A DNA stretch of 63,549 bases from a virus (taxonomy: Duplodnaviria > Caudoviricetes). The notes beneath the pieces were generated by a model. That model had not been told where the DNA came from. It worked only from the letters and a program-made list of their open reading frames with translations, and made no database searches. Location: IMG/VR virus record IMGVR_UViG_3300021598_000208, positions 1 to 63,549 of that record; one strand, given 5' to 3'. Within the stretch, counting starts at the first letter, position 1, and every line of letters begins with the position of its first letter. A program made the translations under genes and the position numbers. This document shows, one piece after another, positions 1 through 10,839 of this stretch.

Positions 1-2
1 AC

Positions 3-308
3 CCAACAATGCGTGGTGGTTTAAATACTACTGCTGCAACTGCAACCGGTACTATTACAGGTTTAATGGTTCCTGCAGGTTCTACTTCAGTATACGACCA
101 AATTATGGGTAAGAACGCTAAGCGTCCTTTCTTACACGTAAGATATCGTGCTTCTGAAGCTGAAGACCGCAGATACAAAACTTGGATTACAGGTTCTGCC
201 GGTGGGGCTGCTACAAGCGACCTCGATGCAATGGAGGTTAACTTCCTATCTGAGCGTTGCGTATGTACTTTAGGTGCAAACAACTTCGTATTATTCCGTT
301 ATGGATAG
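3..308 (+). CDS. Major capsid protein, C-terminal part (5' partial)
   Basis: Frame is open from the window start (PTMRGG...PFLHVRYRASE...EVNFLSERC...GANNF). A strong terminator follows. The matching N-terminus sits at the window end after portal and scaffold. Confidence 0.75.
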   Translation, partial: PTMRGGLNTTAATATGTITGLMVPAGSTSVYDQIMGKNAKRPFLHVRYRASEAEDRRYKTWITGSAGGAATSDLDAMEVNFLSERCVCTLGANNFVLFRYG

Positions 309-324
309 TCGATAGGTCTATACA

Positions 325-358
325 GGAGGGTGTCTTTAAAGACACTCTCCTTTTTTTT
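325..358 (+). terminator. Intrinsic terminator after capsid gene, built on the 16-bp palindrome
   Basis: GGAGGGTGTCTTT/AAAGACACTCTCC hairpin followed by T8. Confidence 0.85.
330..345. repeat. 16-bp palindrome copy 1 (perfect variant GTGTCTTTAAAGACAC)
   Basis: One mismatch to the dispersed GTGTCTTCAAAGACAC element. Confidence 0.9.
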
Positions 359-382
359 AAATCAAATTAAATCAAATATAAA

Positions 383-1126
383 ATGGCAAAAATTACAACA
401 CCTGTGGACAAGGTCTACAAGTTAAAAATAGGAAACCCTTTAAGCTACACTTTAGCTTCAAGAAATCACCCTCGATTCCCACTAATGTGGTTTGACGAGA
501 AGAATAATGTTAATCGTGCTCTTAGGTATTCTACCAATCAGAAGTCACCTTTTGAAGATGAGCAAGACGGAACAGCAATTATTGAACCTGTTATTTTTGA
601 AGACGGGTTTTTAAGAGTTCCAAAAAACAATCCTGTATTGCAACAATTCCTTCACTACCACCCATTAAACGGTGTTATCTTTGGAGAGGTTGACAAAGAA
701 AAGGATGCAGCAGCTGAAGTTGATGAACTTAATTTAGAGATTGAGGCAATGATGGAAGCTAAGCAATTGTCTATTGACCAAATCGAGACTCTTACAAGAG
801 TTATCTTTGGCAAGGACCCTTCTACAGTATCAACTGCAGAACTTAAGCGTGACATCCTGATATTCGCTAAGAGAGAGCCAAAAGACTTCTTGAATATCTT
901 GAATGACCCTGAATTAAAGTTCCAAGCAAAAGTTCGTTTATTCTTTGAGAATAAGCTATTGATACTCAGAAACAATGACAAAGAGGTGTGGTTTAATACC
1001 TCTACAAATAAGAAGAAAATGCTTTCAGTTCCTTTTGGAGAAGACCCATATGATATGGTTGCCCACTTCTTACAAAGCGATGAAGGTCTTGATTCCTTAA
1101 AAATGTTAGAAGCACTTTTAGGGTAA
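383..1126 (+). CDS. Hypothetical protein downstream of capsid gene
   Basis: 247 aa ORF with AAATCAAAT-type leader, lying between two terminators. Confidence 0.8.
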   Translation: MAKITTPVDKVYKLKIGNPLSYTLASRNHPRFPLMWFDEKNNVNRALRYSTNQKSPFEDEQDGTAIIEPVIFEDGFLRVPKNNPVLQQFLHYHPLNGVIFGEVDKEKDAAAEVDELNLEIEAMMEAKQLSIDQIETLTRVIFGKDPSTVSTAELKRDILIFAKREPKDFLNILNDPELKFQAKVRLFFENKLLILRNNDKEVWFNTSTNKKKMLSVPFGEDPYDMVAHFLQSDEGLDSLKMLEALLG

Positions 1127-1159
1127 TATATTTTGATTATTGATTGATGGTTAGAAAGA

Positions 1160-1188
1160 AGGGCACTTATTGTGCCCTCTTTTTTTTT
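1160..1188 (+). terminator. Intrinsic terminator
   Basis: AGGGCAC-ttatt-GTGCCCT stem followed by a T-run. Confidence 0.85.
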
Positions 1189-1191
1189 ATG

Positions 1192-1199
1192 TATATTTG
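1192..1199 (+). promoter_or_regulatory. Bacteroidota -7 promoter element TATATTTG
   Basis: Matches TAnnTTTG; lies after a terminator and before ATG 1214. Confidence 0.65.
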
Positions 1200-1213
1200 T
1201 AAAAAAAGAACTA

Positions 1214-2152
1214 ATGATAAACTCAGTTAGAAATACGGTATTGTCTGTGTTGAATAAAAACAACTACGGATATGTATCTCCTTCTGATTTCAATCTGTTT
1301 GCTCAAAATTCGCAGATGGAAATTTACGAGGAATATTTTAGCAGCTATAACAAAGTTATAAATGCTGAAAATGCAAGAATATCAGGGGTAGACTATGCTG
1401 ATATGGAGCAACCTATTGCGGAGGTGTTAGAGTATTTTTTACGTACAGATTATCTTTCAAAAATATCTGCTAATAAATTTTCAATGCCTACACCTTCAAC
1501 TACCGGTTATTTAACCTATATGTTGTTGGATGTTAAATGCAAGCCTGTAACTCTTAAAACAGGAACAAATACTTCTGTAGTTAGCAGTCAGTTAGTTGAC
1601 AGTACTGCAACATTTTTAACCAATGGTCTTTCGGCAGGAGATGTAGTTACAAATCTTACTACAGGTTTGGTATCTACGGTAGTGTTAGTTCTTAGTAATA
1701 CAGCAATTCAGTTAGATTCAAATATATTTTTGGCGGCAGGAAATGCCTATGCGATATTTTCTTCTTCAACTATTAATCAAGCAGAAAAGGTAATTAACAG
1801 TAAACTTAGTTTACTACTTAATTCTAACTTAACTCAACCAACAATAGAGTTCCCTATTTATGCATTACAAGGCGAAGAGTTAACTTTTTATCCTACAACT
1901 ATAAGCAACAAAGGGCAGGTTCTTGCAACCTATTTTAGGTATCCTAAAGTTCCAAAGTGGACATATATTACTTTGGCTAATGGTGAGCCTGTATTTGACC
2001 AATCACAATCTGATTACCAAGACTTTGAATTACCTCCTGAAGATGAATACAAATTAATTACAAGGATTCTTCAGTATTGTGGTATATCTATTCGTGAATC
2101 CGATGTTGTACAATTTAATATGGCTAAAGAGCAACAAGAAAAAAATCCATAA
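1214..2152 (+). CDS. Putative head-tail/ring structural protein
   Basis: ATG 1214 (MINSVRNTV...) is preferred over GTG 1172, which lies inside the terminator. Position in the virion module. Confidence 0.6.
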   Translation: MINSVRNTVLSVLNKNNYGYVSPSDFNLFAQNSQMEIYEEYFSSYNKVINAENARISGVDYADMEQPIAEVLEYFLRTDYLSKISANKFSMPTPSTTGYLTYMLLDVKCKPVTLKTGTNTSVVSSQLVDSTATFLTNGLSAGDVVTNLTTGLVSTVVLVLSNTAIQLDSNIFLAAGNAYAIFSSSTINQAEKVINSKLSLLLNSNLTQPTIEFPIYALQGEELTFYPTTISNKGQVLATYFRYPKVPKWTYITLANGEPVFDQSQSDYQDFELPPEDEYKLITRILQYCGISIRESDVVQFNMAKEQQEKNP

Positions 2153-2164
2153 AAAAAATAATAT

Positions 2165-3088
2165 ATGGCATATATATCACAATATCAATACTATGAGAAC
2201 GGAGGTGTACAACCTGAAGATGCCAATTGGGGGTCGTATCAATACATTAGTCTTCAAGACATTGTAAACAACTTCTTATTGATGTACTCAGGCAACCACT
2301 CATTGGTAAACAATGAGGAGCGTTTTAAAGTATTGTTCCACGCTAAGCGTGCTATTCAGGAGTTGAACTACGATGCGTTTAAAGAAATTAAAGTATTGGA
2401 GTTGACTGTACCTGATATGCTTAGATACATCTTACCTTCTGACTATGTCAATTGGGTTCGTATTTCATTATACAAAGATGGTTGGTTAAGACCATTGACT
2501 GAGAATATTCAAACGCTATCATCTAAAGCATACTTACAAGATAATACAGGTCGTATTTTATTTGACCAATATGGTAATGCATTAAGTCCTCAGTATTCTG
2601 ATATTGACTTTGATAGATTAACTAAAACTAAGAAGAGTATTTATTTAAACCAAGGCAACCAATTTAACGGACAGTTAGGTTGGAACTACGATGGTATGTG
2701 GTATTTTGACTACAACATTGGTACAGCATATGGTCTTAATACTGAGACAGCAAATTTTAATCCTACCTTTAATGTTGACAGAAAAGGTGGTGTTATCAAC
2801 TTTGATTCATCAATGTCAGGTCAGCAATGTATTCTTGAGTATGTGTCTGATGGTATGGAACAAGGAGACAACTCTTTGATTACCGTTAATAAATTATTTG
2901 AAAAATATATTTACGCTTCTATTCAATATGACATTTTAAATTCTAAATTAGGTGTGCAAGAATATATTGTTTCTCGTGCTCGTAAGGAGAAAAGTGCATT
3001 GTTGAGAAACGCAAAAATTAGAATTAGCAATATTCATCCGGGAAGACTATTAATGAATCTCAGAGGATTAGACAAGCAAATAAAATAA
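2165..3088 (+). CDS. Putative tail ring/structural protein
   Basis: 307 aa, contains an LPSDYVNWVRIS motif, tightly packed in the structural operon. Confidence 0.6.
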   Translation: MAYISQYQYYENGGVQPEDANWGSYQYISLQDIVNNFLLMYSGNHSLVNNEERFKVLFHAKRAIQELNYDAFKEIKVLELTVPDMLRYILPSDYVNWVRISLYKDGWLRPLTENIQTLSSKAYLQDNTGRILFDQYGNALSPQYSDIDFDRLTKTKKSIYLNQGNQFNGQLGWNYDGMWYFDYNIGTAYGLNTETANFNPTFNVDRKGGVINFDSSMSGQQCILEYVSDGMEQGDNSLITVNKLFEKYIYASIQYDILNSKLGVQEYIVSRARKEKSALLRNAKIRISNIHPGRLLMNLRGLDKQIK

Positions 3089-3089
3089 G

Positions 3090-6000
3090 ATGGCAAACAT
3101 TACAAGGAATTTTATAGCAGGTAGGATGAATAAGGTAATGGACCAAAGGTTATTACCTGATGGAGAATACATAGATGCTATGAATATCAGAATGGGGTCT
3201 ACAGAAAATTCTGAGTTAGGAGTTATTGAAAACACAAAAGGCAACCTGCCTTTGACTACATTAAAATATATTAATGGTACTCCACTTAGTGCTAACGCAA
3301 GATGTATCGGTTCTATTGAAGATAGTGCCAACGATACATTGTATTGGTTTGTACACGACTCAAGTTTCCCTGTTGGATTAACCGGCAAACTTGACTTGAT
3401 TGTTTCCTTTAATGTATTTACTAATATCTTAACATACCACATTATTAGTATTAATGATGGTGGCAATGTTAATACCACACTTAATTTTAATCCTACTTAT
3501 TTAATCACGGGAGTTAATATTATTGATGGTCTTTTATATTTTACCGATGACTATAACGCTCCACGTGTAATTAACGTAAGAAGAAACTACGCTAATCCTA
3601 TTAGTAACATAGACCAAATTACAGCTGAATCTATACTTGTGATTAAAAAACCACCTGTACAGTCTCCATTAGTAGAGCCTTTTGTAACTAATGGTCAGGA
3701 GAATTACTTAGATACAAGATTTATATGTTTTGCATATAGATACAGATATATAGATGGGGAGTACAGTGCTACCTCACAATGGTCTCAGCCTGCTTTCGTT
3801 CCCAATCCTTTTGAGTTTAGCGTGGAAAGTTTCCTTAACGAAGGGATGACCAACATTTGCAATGCAGCAAAAATTACATACAATTCAGGAGACTCTCTTG
3901 TAGTTGGTGTAGACTTATTGTTTAAGCAATCAAATGGCAATATCATAAAGGTTATTGAGAAACTTGACAAGTCTAATTTAGGACTTGCTAATAATACTGA
4001 CTATACTTATACGTTTACAAATAGTAAGATATTTACGGTTCTTCCTGAGTATGAAATACTTAGATTGTACGATAACGTTCCACGTTACGCTAAGGCTCAA
4101 ACAATTATGGGCAATAGACTAATGTATGGTAACTATGTAGAGGGATATGATTTGATTGATAATGATGGTGTTCCAATAAAACTTGAGTACACTACAGCTT
4201 TGGTATCCACTCCAATTGGTAATGAGGAGCTAACTGATGCAACTGTGTCAGGCAACTATACCATTAATGGAAGTGTTAATATAGCGAATGCTACTGTTAC
4301 TATAGACTTAGCAGGTAAGAATTTAGTTGCCGGCTCCGCAATAAACGTAGAGATAGCTATTGACCATTCACAATTTACAGGTCAAACTCCATTTCCTACA
4401 GAAACAACACAGAATGTTAGATTGAACTTTGCGTTCTTTTTATCTACTACATACACATCAGTGTATCAATTAGCAACAAGTGTAGAGTTCCAAAATGCAG
4501 TAGGTACGGCAGCTAATATACAAACAGTAGCAAATGCTTGTAATGGTATTACATTTACCGATTCATTTAACTGCGCTATTCCTAACAACTTAGATGCTTT
4601 TACCAAAAATGGTAGTGGTATTAGTGCTGTTGGTCAACCGGTATCTATTATAACAAGTCCTGCGAGCAGTCTGATTGGATTCCAATTTCCTGCAATGAGG
4701 TATGTAAATAATATTGTTACTCCTACTCAAACTTTTTATGAGTATTATGAAGTGACATTTGCAGAAGCTACTTTCCAAGAAATTGCAAACACACAGAGCC
4801 TACATAGCAATCGTGACTATGAGATTGGCATTGTGTATATGGATGAATTTAATAGAGCAACAACAGCACTTGTTAGTCCTAATAATACTGAGCATATTCC
4901 TTGTGGATTATCTGCTTTTAAGAATACTCTTCAAGTAACCATCCCTGCTACTCAAAGTCCTCCCGCTTGGGCAACAAGATATAAGTTTGTTATTAAGCCT
5001 GACGAAGAAAATTATGAGACAATTTATTGTAGCATATTCTTCCAAGACCCAATAACCAATAACGCATACTTCTTGCTTGAGGGAGAGAACGCACGTAAGG
5101 TAGAGGTGGGTGATAGATTGATTGTGAAAGCTGACTCTACAGGACCAACTGCAAATTGCGTATATGCAACAGTGCTTGAGAAGTCCGGTCAGACATCTAA
5201 TTTTATAGAGATACCAAGTGCATTAGACCCGGAAGTGTTTATACCAATTCCTGCAGGTATCTATATGAAGATAAATCCTAATAGCTTTAATATTATTCAG
5301 GACGAGTTAGCTATCATACAACCGGGTAAGCAAAGTGTTACTTCTCCAAGAGGAGGAGATTTCCCTATTCTGTATTATCCAATGAATAGATACGACACAG
5401 CTACATCAGCTTGGGTTGATTACAGCATACCTGCAGGTAGCAGGATTGTAATGACAATTAGCCAAACAAGAAGCGGTGTTGGAGATTCTTGCGAAAAGAG
5501 AACTAACCTTTTACAAAAAACAATAATTGCTTCAAACGATTACGACAATATGTACGAGTGGTTTGTTGGCGATAACGTTGAGCAGTTCTTAAATGACGGT
5601 GAAAGATTTGCGGATGCCGGTCAATGCGTTCCTGACAATGAATTTATTCCGGGAATTACAAATACTGCAGGAGATATATTAACTGATTTATGTATTAACT
5701 ACTATAAGTTTTATAGAAATACATCAACCAATCAACTGCAATTAATGATTACGGGTACATTACCTTGTACCGGAGTTGGATACCCTAACGCTCGTGCTTC
5801 AAGTGTAGAAGCAAACTTTGTGGTATTCAGAGCAGATAAGAACTTAATATTTGAGACTCAGCCAACAGATGCATTGCCTGATGTTTTCTTTGAAAACAAT
5901 ATGTCGTTTGCCATTACCAATGGTAACCATATGGGCAATATTCAAAACCAATCTATTGGCGCAGGTACTCCTGCAATTGTAGATACTATGTTCTTTAACT

Positions 6001-7508
6001 GTTTTGCTTTTGGAAACGGAGCAGAGAGTTATAAGATTCGTGACTCAATTGTAGGTAACTCATTTAACTTAGGCAACAGGGTTACATCTGTATCTGCTCA
6101 AGACTATCAAGAGGCTGATAGATTTGCTGACATTACATATAGTGGTGTTTATAATGCTGAGTCAAACGTAAACAAACTAAATGAGTTCAATGCAGGTCTT
6201 GTAAACTACAAGAACTTGGAGGCTTCATTTGGAGATATTTATATATTAGACGGAAGAGAGACTGACGTTCTTGTTTTACAAGAAGATAAGATTTCATACG
6301 TATTGGCTGATAAGAATTTATTATCGGACTCTACAGGAGGTGGTGTTGTATCATCTGTGCCTGAGGTATTGGGTACTCAGATTGCTCGTGTTGAGAAATA
6401 CGGTATCAGCTTTAACCCTGAGAGTTATGTGCAATGGGGTTACGACAGATTCTTTACAGATGCCAAAAGAGGTGCTGTATTACAATTAAGAGGTAACTCA
6501 TATTCTAACGAAGCCTTAAAGGTTATCTCTGAAATGAATATGAGAACTTGGTTTAGAGATGAGTTTATTACTCAGTTTAATACTCAAAAACTTGGAGGGT
6601 ATGACCCTTATATGAACGAGTATGTTCTATCTATAAACGCTCGTGAACTACCATACAGACCTGAGTGTTTGGATTGCGGTGTGTCTCAGACATTTACTTT
6701 AACCACACTTGCTGAAGAGCAAGGCTCAAATAGTTATTGCGTAGACTTAGGTCCTACGGTTGGCATTACTGATATTGAGTATACAGTATTCAGCATTAGC
6801 GAAGGTGGTACATTTGAGGTTATTGCAGAGTACGATGGAAGTACCTATACCTCAGGAGAGGTTTCTGAAAGCGGTACACTTAGCTTTGATAAAGACAATG
6901 TATCAGTAGAAACAGTAGACATTACCATTAACTATACCGGTGACATATCACTTGGTATGCTTGCTAATTGTTGTCAAGCTGATTCATTAAGTATTATTCA
7001 GATTGTTCTTACAAGCGATTACGATTCAGGAGATACTGTACACGCAGAATACAGATGGACGAATGGTTCATTTGTTTCTCCATTGCAGTCAAGTCTTGTA
7101 ACATTTGCATCAGGAACCACTAATCCTATCGTGTCAAGATACAATCTTACAACTGATAGCGTTGGTACAGGTGGATTCCCTCCTGCAGGTAGTGTAATGA
7201 GTTTGATTTCAAACAAATTCTCTACAGACACATTTGTGTTTACTCCTGCAGAAGACAAGTTTAAATACCACGTATCTAATACGTTGTACGCAAACAATAG
7301 TTCTGCTATCAATACGTTATTAGGATTGGCAACAACTGCTACTCCTAATGAGGGTGGTGGCAATTATAACTATGCTGAATTTACAGTACCTACTCTTCAA
7401 AATTATTTATATTTGATATGGGATTTTAGACAATCGGTTCCTGTAACTTTATGCTACTCAGATGAAGACATAACTGATGTGTGCTGTAATTGTACAACCC
7501 CTTCATAA
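3090..7508 (+). CDS. Tail stabilization/muzzle-like protein
   Basis: 1472 aa. N-terminus F.AGRMNK.MDQRLLPDGEY.DAMN and the YDNVP..AKAQTIMGNRLMYGNY motif resemble stabilization proteins of crAss-like and other Bacteroidota podoviruses. Confidence 0.65.
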   Translation: MANITRNFIAGRMNKVMDQRLLPDGEYIDAMNIRMGSTENSELGVIENTKGNLPLTTLKYINGTPLSANARCIGSIEDSANDTLYWFVHDSSFPVGLTGKLDLIVSFNVFTNILTYHIISINDGGNVNTTLNFNPTYLITGVNIIDGLLYFTDDYNAPRVINVRRNYANPISNIDQITAESILVIKKPPVQSPLVEPFVTNGQENYLDTRFICFAYRYRYIDGEYSATSQWSQPAFVPNPFEFSVESFLNEGMTNICNAAKITYNSGDSLVVGVDLLFKQSNGNIIKVIEKLDKSNLGLANNTDYTYTFTNSKIFTVLPEYEILRLYDNVPRYAKAQTIMGNRLMYGNYVEGYDLIDNDGVPIKLEYTTALVSTPIGNEELTDATVSGNYTINGSVNIANATVTIDLAGKNLVAGSAINVEIAIDHSQFTGQTPFPTETTQNVRLNFAFFLSTTYTSVYQLATSVEFQNAVGTAANIQTVANACNGITFTDSFNCAIPNNLDAFTKNGSGISAVGQPVSIITSPASSLIGFQFPAMRYVNNIVTPTQTFYEYYEVTFAEATFQEIANTQSLHSNRDYEIGIVYMDEFNRATTALVSPNNTEHIPCGLSAFKNTLQVTIPATQSPPAWATRYKFVIKPDEENYETIYCSIFFQDPITNNAYFLLEGENARKVEVGDRLIVKADSTGPTANCVYATVLEKSGQTSNFIEIPSALDPEVFIPIPAGIYMKINPNSFNIIQDELAIIQPGKQSVTSPRGGDFPILYYPMNRYDTATSAWVDYSIPAGSRIVMTISQTRSGVGDSCEKRTNLLQKTIIASNDYDNMYEWFVGDNVEQFLNDGERFADAGQCVPDNEFIPGITNTAGDILTDLCINYYKFYRNTSTNQLQLMITGTLPCTGVGYPNARASSVEANFVVFRADKNLIFETQPTDALPDVFFENNMSFAITNGNHMGNIQNQSIGAGTPAIVDTMFFNCFAFGNGAESYKIRDSIVGNSFNLGNRVTSVSAQDYQEADRFADITYSGVYNAESNVNKLNEFNAGLVNYKNLEASFGDIYILDGRETDVLVLQEDKISYVLADKNLLSDSTGGGVVSSVPEVLGTQIARVEKYGISFNPESYVQWGYDRFFTDAKRGAVLQLRGNSYSNEALKVISEMNMRTWFRDEFITQFNTQKLGGYDPYMNEYVLSINARELPYRPECLDCGVSQTFTLTTLAEEQGSNSYCVDLGPTVGITDIEYTVFSISEGGTFEVIAEYDGSTYTSGEVSESGTLSFDKDNVSVETVDITINYTGDISLGMLANCCQADSLSIIQIVLTSDYDSGDTVHAEYRWTNGSFVSPLQSSLVTFASGTTNPIVSRYNLTTDSVGTGGFPPAGSVMSLISNKFSTDTFVFTPAEDKFKYHVSNTLYANNSSAINTLLGLATTATPNEGGGNYNYAEFTVPTLQNYLYLIWDFRQSVPVTLCYSDEDITDVCCNCTTPS

Positions 7509-7517
7509 AAAACATAT

Positions 7518-8795
7518 ATGGCAGTAAGTTCAACATACTATTTAAACGCACCATCACTTGGGTCCGCAACAGCTGTATTCTCAAATGCAGCTTTAACTAC
7601 CCTTGCAGCCGATGGCTTTTATTCTGATGGCGTAATATCAAGAGAGCAGGTTAGTGGGGTATTATTACCACAGCAGACTTGCCCATCTTGTGCTACCCCT
7701 TGTGGAGAAACAGTTACCGCAAGTGGTGGTCAAGGCATTTATCTGCTTGATTTAGAGACCGGGACCACTGTGGGTGACGTAGGTGCTGTCATTGTAAGAT
7801 TTGAGCCTTATGGAGTCCCTGATGGCATTAGAGGAACACTTGGTGTTAACGTCTACAATAAACTTGTTTCATCTGTAGATGGCTTACATCAAAGTAGTAA
7901 TGCAGGAAGTTTTACATACGTAGGTCAAACAAGTGGAGATTGCGGAATATCAGGAACAACTTACCCTGCATTAGCAGAGTTTACTTATAATGGAACAACA
8001 TTTATTGCTACAGGCGATACTCAAAGTGTAACTGTAGCACCGGGCGATGTGTCATTAGGCGCATCTGCTCCCGGTAATTGCCTAATGGTAATACCAAAAC
8101 TTACAGCGTCTCCATCTATTATTAACTTTGAGGTAGTTGGTCCGTGTAGTGGGACAGCTTGGCAGATGTCAGTGGCTTGCCCTGAACTTCTTACAGGATT
8201 TAGTTCAAGTGTTAGTGCTGTATCATCGGTAGCTGCGTGTGCTTTATCTGAAACCACGACTTATTACAATGCTTCATTGGCTAACACTCCGGGCACAGTT
8301 GGTCTTTATGACTTGGTGTTTGCAGATGCTTACGGGGCTACCCCATTGACTGCAGGATTCTATCGTGCATCAGGCTCAATTACCGGTGGTAATGATTGGT
8401 TTCAAGTTAGTTCAGCAGGTGTAGTTGTGGCTTTAGGGGTTTGTGCTCCAACAACTGCGTCTTTAGCTTGGTCATTTACAGAAGCAGGTGGTTCGGTAGG
8501 TACTATGGATTTATATGTGAATGGCTCTATTGTTGAAAGTAGAAGTGTTACATCAAGTGGCACACGTACTGTATCTGCAGGTGACACCATTAACGTACAA
8601 GTTACTTGTGCACAATGCACAGGTGGTGGAGGAACGTATGCAAATGCATACTCTACAGGAATAAACGTTGATTCTGATTGTTCTTCAACAGGGGGTGCAA
8701 GTATATTTACATCAGTTTACACTGTAGTAAGTGGAGATTTAGGAACAACATTAAACTTAAATACATTTGCAGTATGCGATACTGCTTGTGTGTAA
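7518..8795 (+). CDS. Ser/Thr/Gly/Cys-rich virion protein
   Basis: 425 aa, beta-rich composition with an internally repeated module. Confidence 0.6.
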   Translation: MAVSSTYYLNAPSLGSATAVFSNAALTTLAADGFYSDGVISREQVSGVLLPQQTCPSCATPCGETVTASGGQGIYLLDLETGTTVGDVGAVIVRFEPYGVPDGIRGTLGVNVYNKLVSSVDGLHQSSNAGSFTYVGQTSGDCGISGTTYPALAEFTYNGTTFIATGDTQSVTVAPGDVSLGASAPGNCLMVIPKLTASPSIINFEVVGPCSGTAWQMSVACPELLTGFSSSVSAVSSVAACALSETTTYYNASLANTPGTVGLYDLVFADAYGATPLTAGFYRASGSITGGNDWFQVSSAGVVVALGVCAPTTASLAWSFTEAGGSVGTMDLYVNGSIVESRSVTSSGTRTVSAGDTINVQVTCAQCTGGGGTYANAYSTGINVDSDCSSTGGASIFTSVYTVVSGDLGTTLNLNTFAVCDTACV

Positions 8796-8806
8796 AATAA
8801 ATAATT

Positions 8807-9577
8807 ATGGCGAATAAAACATTGACATACAAGGATGACATAACAGGGTGGGTATCATTCTATTCTTATTATCCTGATTGGATGATTGGGATGAATAACT
8901 ACTTCTATACATTTAAAGGAGGAAATTTGTATCGTCATAATGTTAATCCGCTTAGAAATACATTCTATGGTACGTATACACCAAGTAGCGTACAAAGCGT
9001 ATTTAATACATCACCTCTTGAGAATAAGTTATTTAAAACCATCAACTTGGAGGGGGATGATAAGTGGGCGGTAACCTTAGAAACTGACCTGCAATATTCA
9101 GGATTTATACAATCAACTTGGTTTGAGAAGAAAGAGGCATCGTTTTTTGCCTTTATTAGGAACAATAGCGTTGGTGAACTTGCTTTAAGAAGCGTGAATG
9201 GTATAGGCAGAAGCACAAGTGTTACGGGTGGTAACGTCATTAATTTTGCTCCATCAATTGAGATTGGTAGCATTATTAGTGTTGGAGACTATTTCTACTT
9301 CTCAGTTCCTCCATATACGACCCCTGTACTTGCAGGTGCTGTAACAGCAATTACGGTAGATTTAATTAATGGTATCAACAGAATTACCATCAATACTACC
9401 ATACCGGGAACGACACCAATACCTATACAAACCGCATTTTTCTTGTACATTAAGAACTCAGTGGCAGAATCTCACGGAGTATTAGGACATTATTGTACAT
9501 TTAATATAGTAAACGGGTCTACAGACAAAGTTGAACTGTTTGCGGTGGAGTCTGATGTTATGAAAAGTTTTCCTTAA
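8807..9577 (+). CDS. Putative tail protein
   Basis: 256 aa with GWVSFYSY.PDW and K.FKTINLEG motifs; in the structural operon. Confidence 0.55.
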   Translation: MANKTLTYKDDITGWVSFYSYYPDWMIGMNNYFYTFKGGNLYRHNVNPLRNTFYGTYTPSSVQSVFNTSPLENKLFKTINLEGDDKWAVTLETDLQYSGFIQSTWFEKKEASFFAFIRNNSVGELALRSVNGIGRSTSVTGGNVINFAPSIEIGSIISVGDYFYFSVPPYTTPVLAGAVTAITVDLINGINRITINTTIPGTTPIPIQTAFFLYIKNSVAESHGVLGHYCTFNIVNGSTDKVELFAVESDVMKSFP

Positions 9578-9583
9578 ATTTAA

Positions 9584-9591
9584 TATCTTTG
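9584..9591 (+). promoter_or_regulatory. -7 promoter element TATCTTTG
   Basis: TAnnTTTG in a short intergenic gap. Confidence 0.55.
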
Positions 9592-9598
9592 TAACGAT

Positions 9599-10009
9599 AT
9601 GGCATTATACATACGAGAATTAAACGAAACCGATTACGATGATATTCTCGTTGATTGGTGGAAACAATGGGAATGGACGGCTCCGCAAAGAGACTTCCTT
9701 CCTGACAATGGTAAAGGTGGTATTATTGTTTACGATGACGATACCCCTGTGTGTGCAGGATTTATGTATTTGACCAATTCAAAAGTTAGTTGGGTAGATT
9801 GGATTATATCTAATAAAGAATATACCAAGAAGCCTGAGAGAAAAGATGCTATTGAATTATTGGTATCTGCATTGACCGAAATATCTAAGAAGTCAGGAGG
9901 TAAATATGCTTATGCTTTAATAAAAAACAATAGCCTTATAAGTACTTATGAATCTCTTGGATATATCAAAGGCGATAATTACACAAGTGAAATGATAAAA
10001 TTATTATAA
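9599..10009 (+). CDS. GNAT-like acetyltransferase-fold protein
   Basis: IREL.E.D N-terminus, PVCAGFMY strand and a LISTYESLGY C-terminal motif. Confidence 0.5.
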   Translation: MALYIRELNETDYDDILVDWWKQWEWTAPQRDFLPDNGKGGIIVYDDDTPVCAGFMYLTNSKVSWVDWIISNKEYTKKPERKDAIELLVSALTEISKKSGGKYAYALIKNNSLISTYESLGYIKGDNYTSEMIKLL

Positions 10010-10010
10010 T

Positions 10011-10826
10011 ATGGGAGTAGCAACAGGAATAGCAGCAGCTTCATTAGCATTAACGGCAGCTTCAACAGCAGGTTCTTTTATACAAGCAGGTAAGCAAAGA
10101 GACAATATGCGTCAAGCAGAAGCTGATGCTGAATTAGCAATGGAGGAAGCAAGAAAGAAATTGGAAACCAATTTCTATAAAGGCTTATCTATTAATAAAG
10201 AACCATATGAACTCCAAAGAGAAGCATTGTTATCTTCAGGAGCACAAGCTATACAGGCAGGTGTAGAAAGTGAAAGAGGTGCAGCTGCTACGGCAGGTCG
10301 TGTACAGATGGCACAGAACGAAGCGCAAGCAGGAATCAGGTCTGATATGGGAAGAGAGATGCAACAACTTGAGCAATTAACTGCACAAGAACAAAGTCGT
10401 CTTCGTGATGTTGGTGCTCAGTTAGATTTAGAAGAGGTTGCAGGTGCTCAATTGGCAGCAGCAAATTCACAAGAGTTAGCAGCGCAAGCGCAACAACAAG
10501 GAATGGAAGGTCTTATAAGTTTAGGACAACAGGGTGTTAGTCAAATACCATTGTTTCAAAAAACAAATCCTGTAAAGCCACTAATAGCTGACGTAAAAGT
10601 AGGTGCATTACCGCCTGCAATGGCTGCATTTGCTGCACAACAAAGTAGTGCTCCTATTGCTGCTCCATCAAGTCCGGCTTTTAAAGGTGCTCCTTTATTG
10701 AATAATACAACGCCTAAGCCTCCTGCAGTTCCTGCTTTTTTACAAAGTCCACAACAAAGACAACAAAATTTTAGATTTTATAGTCCATCTACGTATCAGA
10801 ATCCTTTTGATATATTTGGAAAATAA
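10011..10826 (+). CDS. Putative internal virion/ejection protein
   Basis: Gly/Ala-rich hydrophobic N-terminus and Ala/Gln-rich helical body. Confidence 0.55.
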   Translation: MGVATGIAAASLALTAASTAGSFIQAGKQRDNMRQAEADAELAMEEARKKLETNFYKGLSINKEPYELQREALLSSGAQAIQAGVESERGAAATAGRVQMAQNEAQAGIRSDMGREMQQLEQLTAQEQSRLRDVGAQLDLEEVAGAQLAAANSQELAAQAQQQGMEGLISLGQQGVSQIPLFQKTNPVKPLIADVKVGALPPAMAAFAAQQSSAPIAAPSSPAFKGAPLLNNTTPKPPAVPAFLQSPQQRQQNFRFYSPSTYQNPFDIFGK

Positions 10827-10839
10827 TAAAAATATATAA

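Noticed and set aside
655-1263. Antisense ORFs shadowing long genes (also 37572-38237, 45062-45439, 26796-27182)
   Set aside because: They lie opposite well-supported genes and show no motifs.
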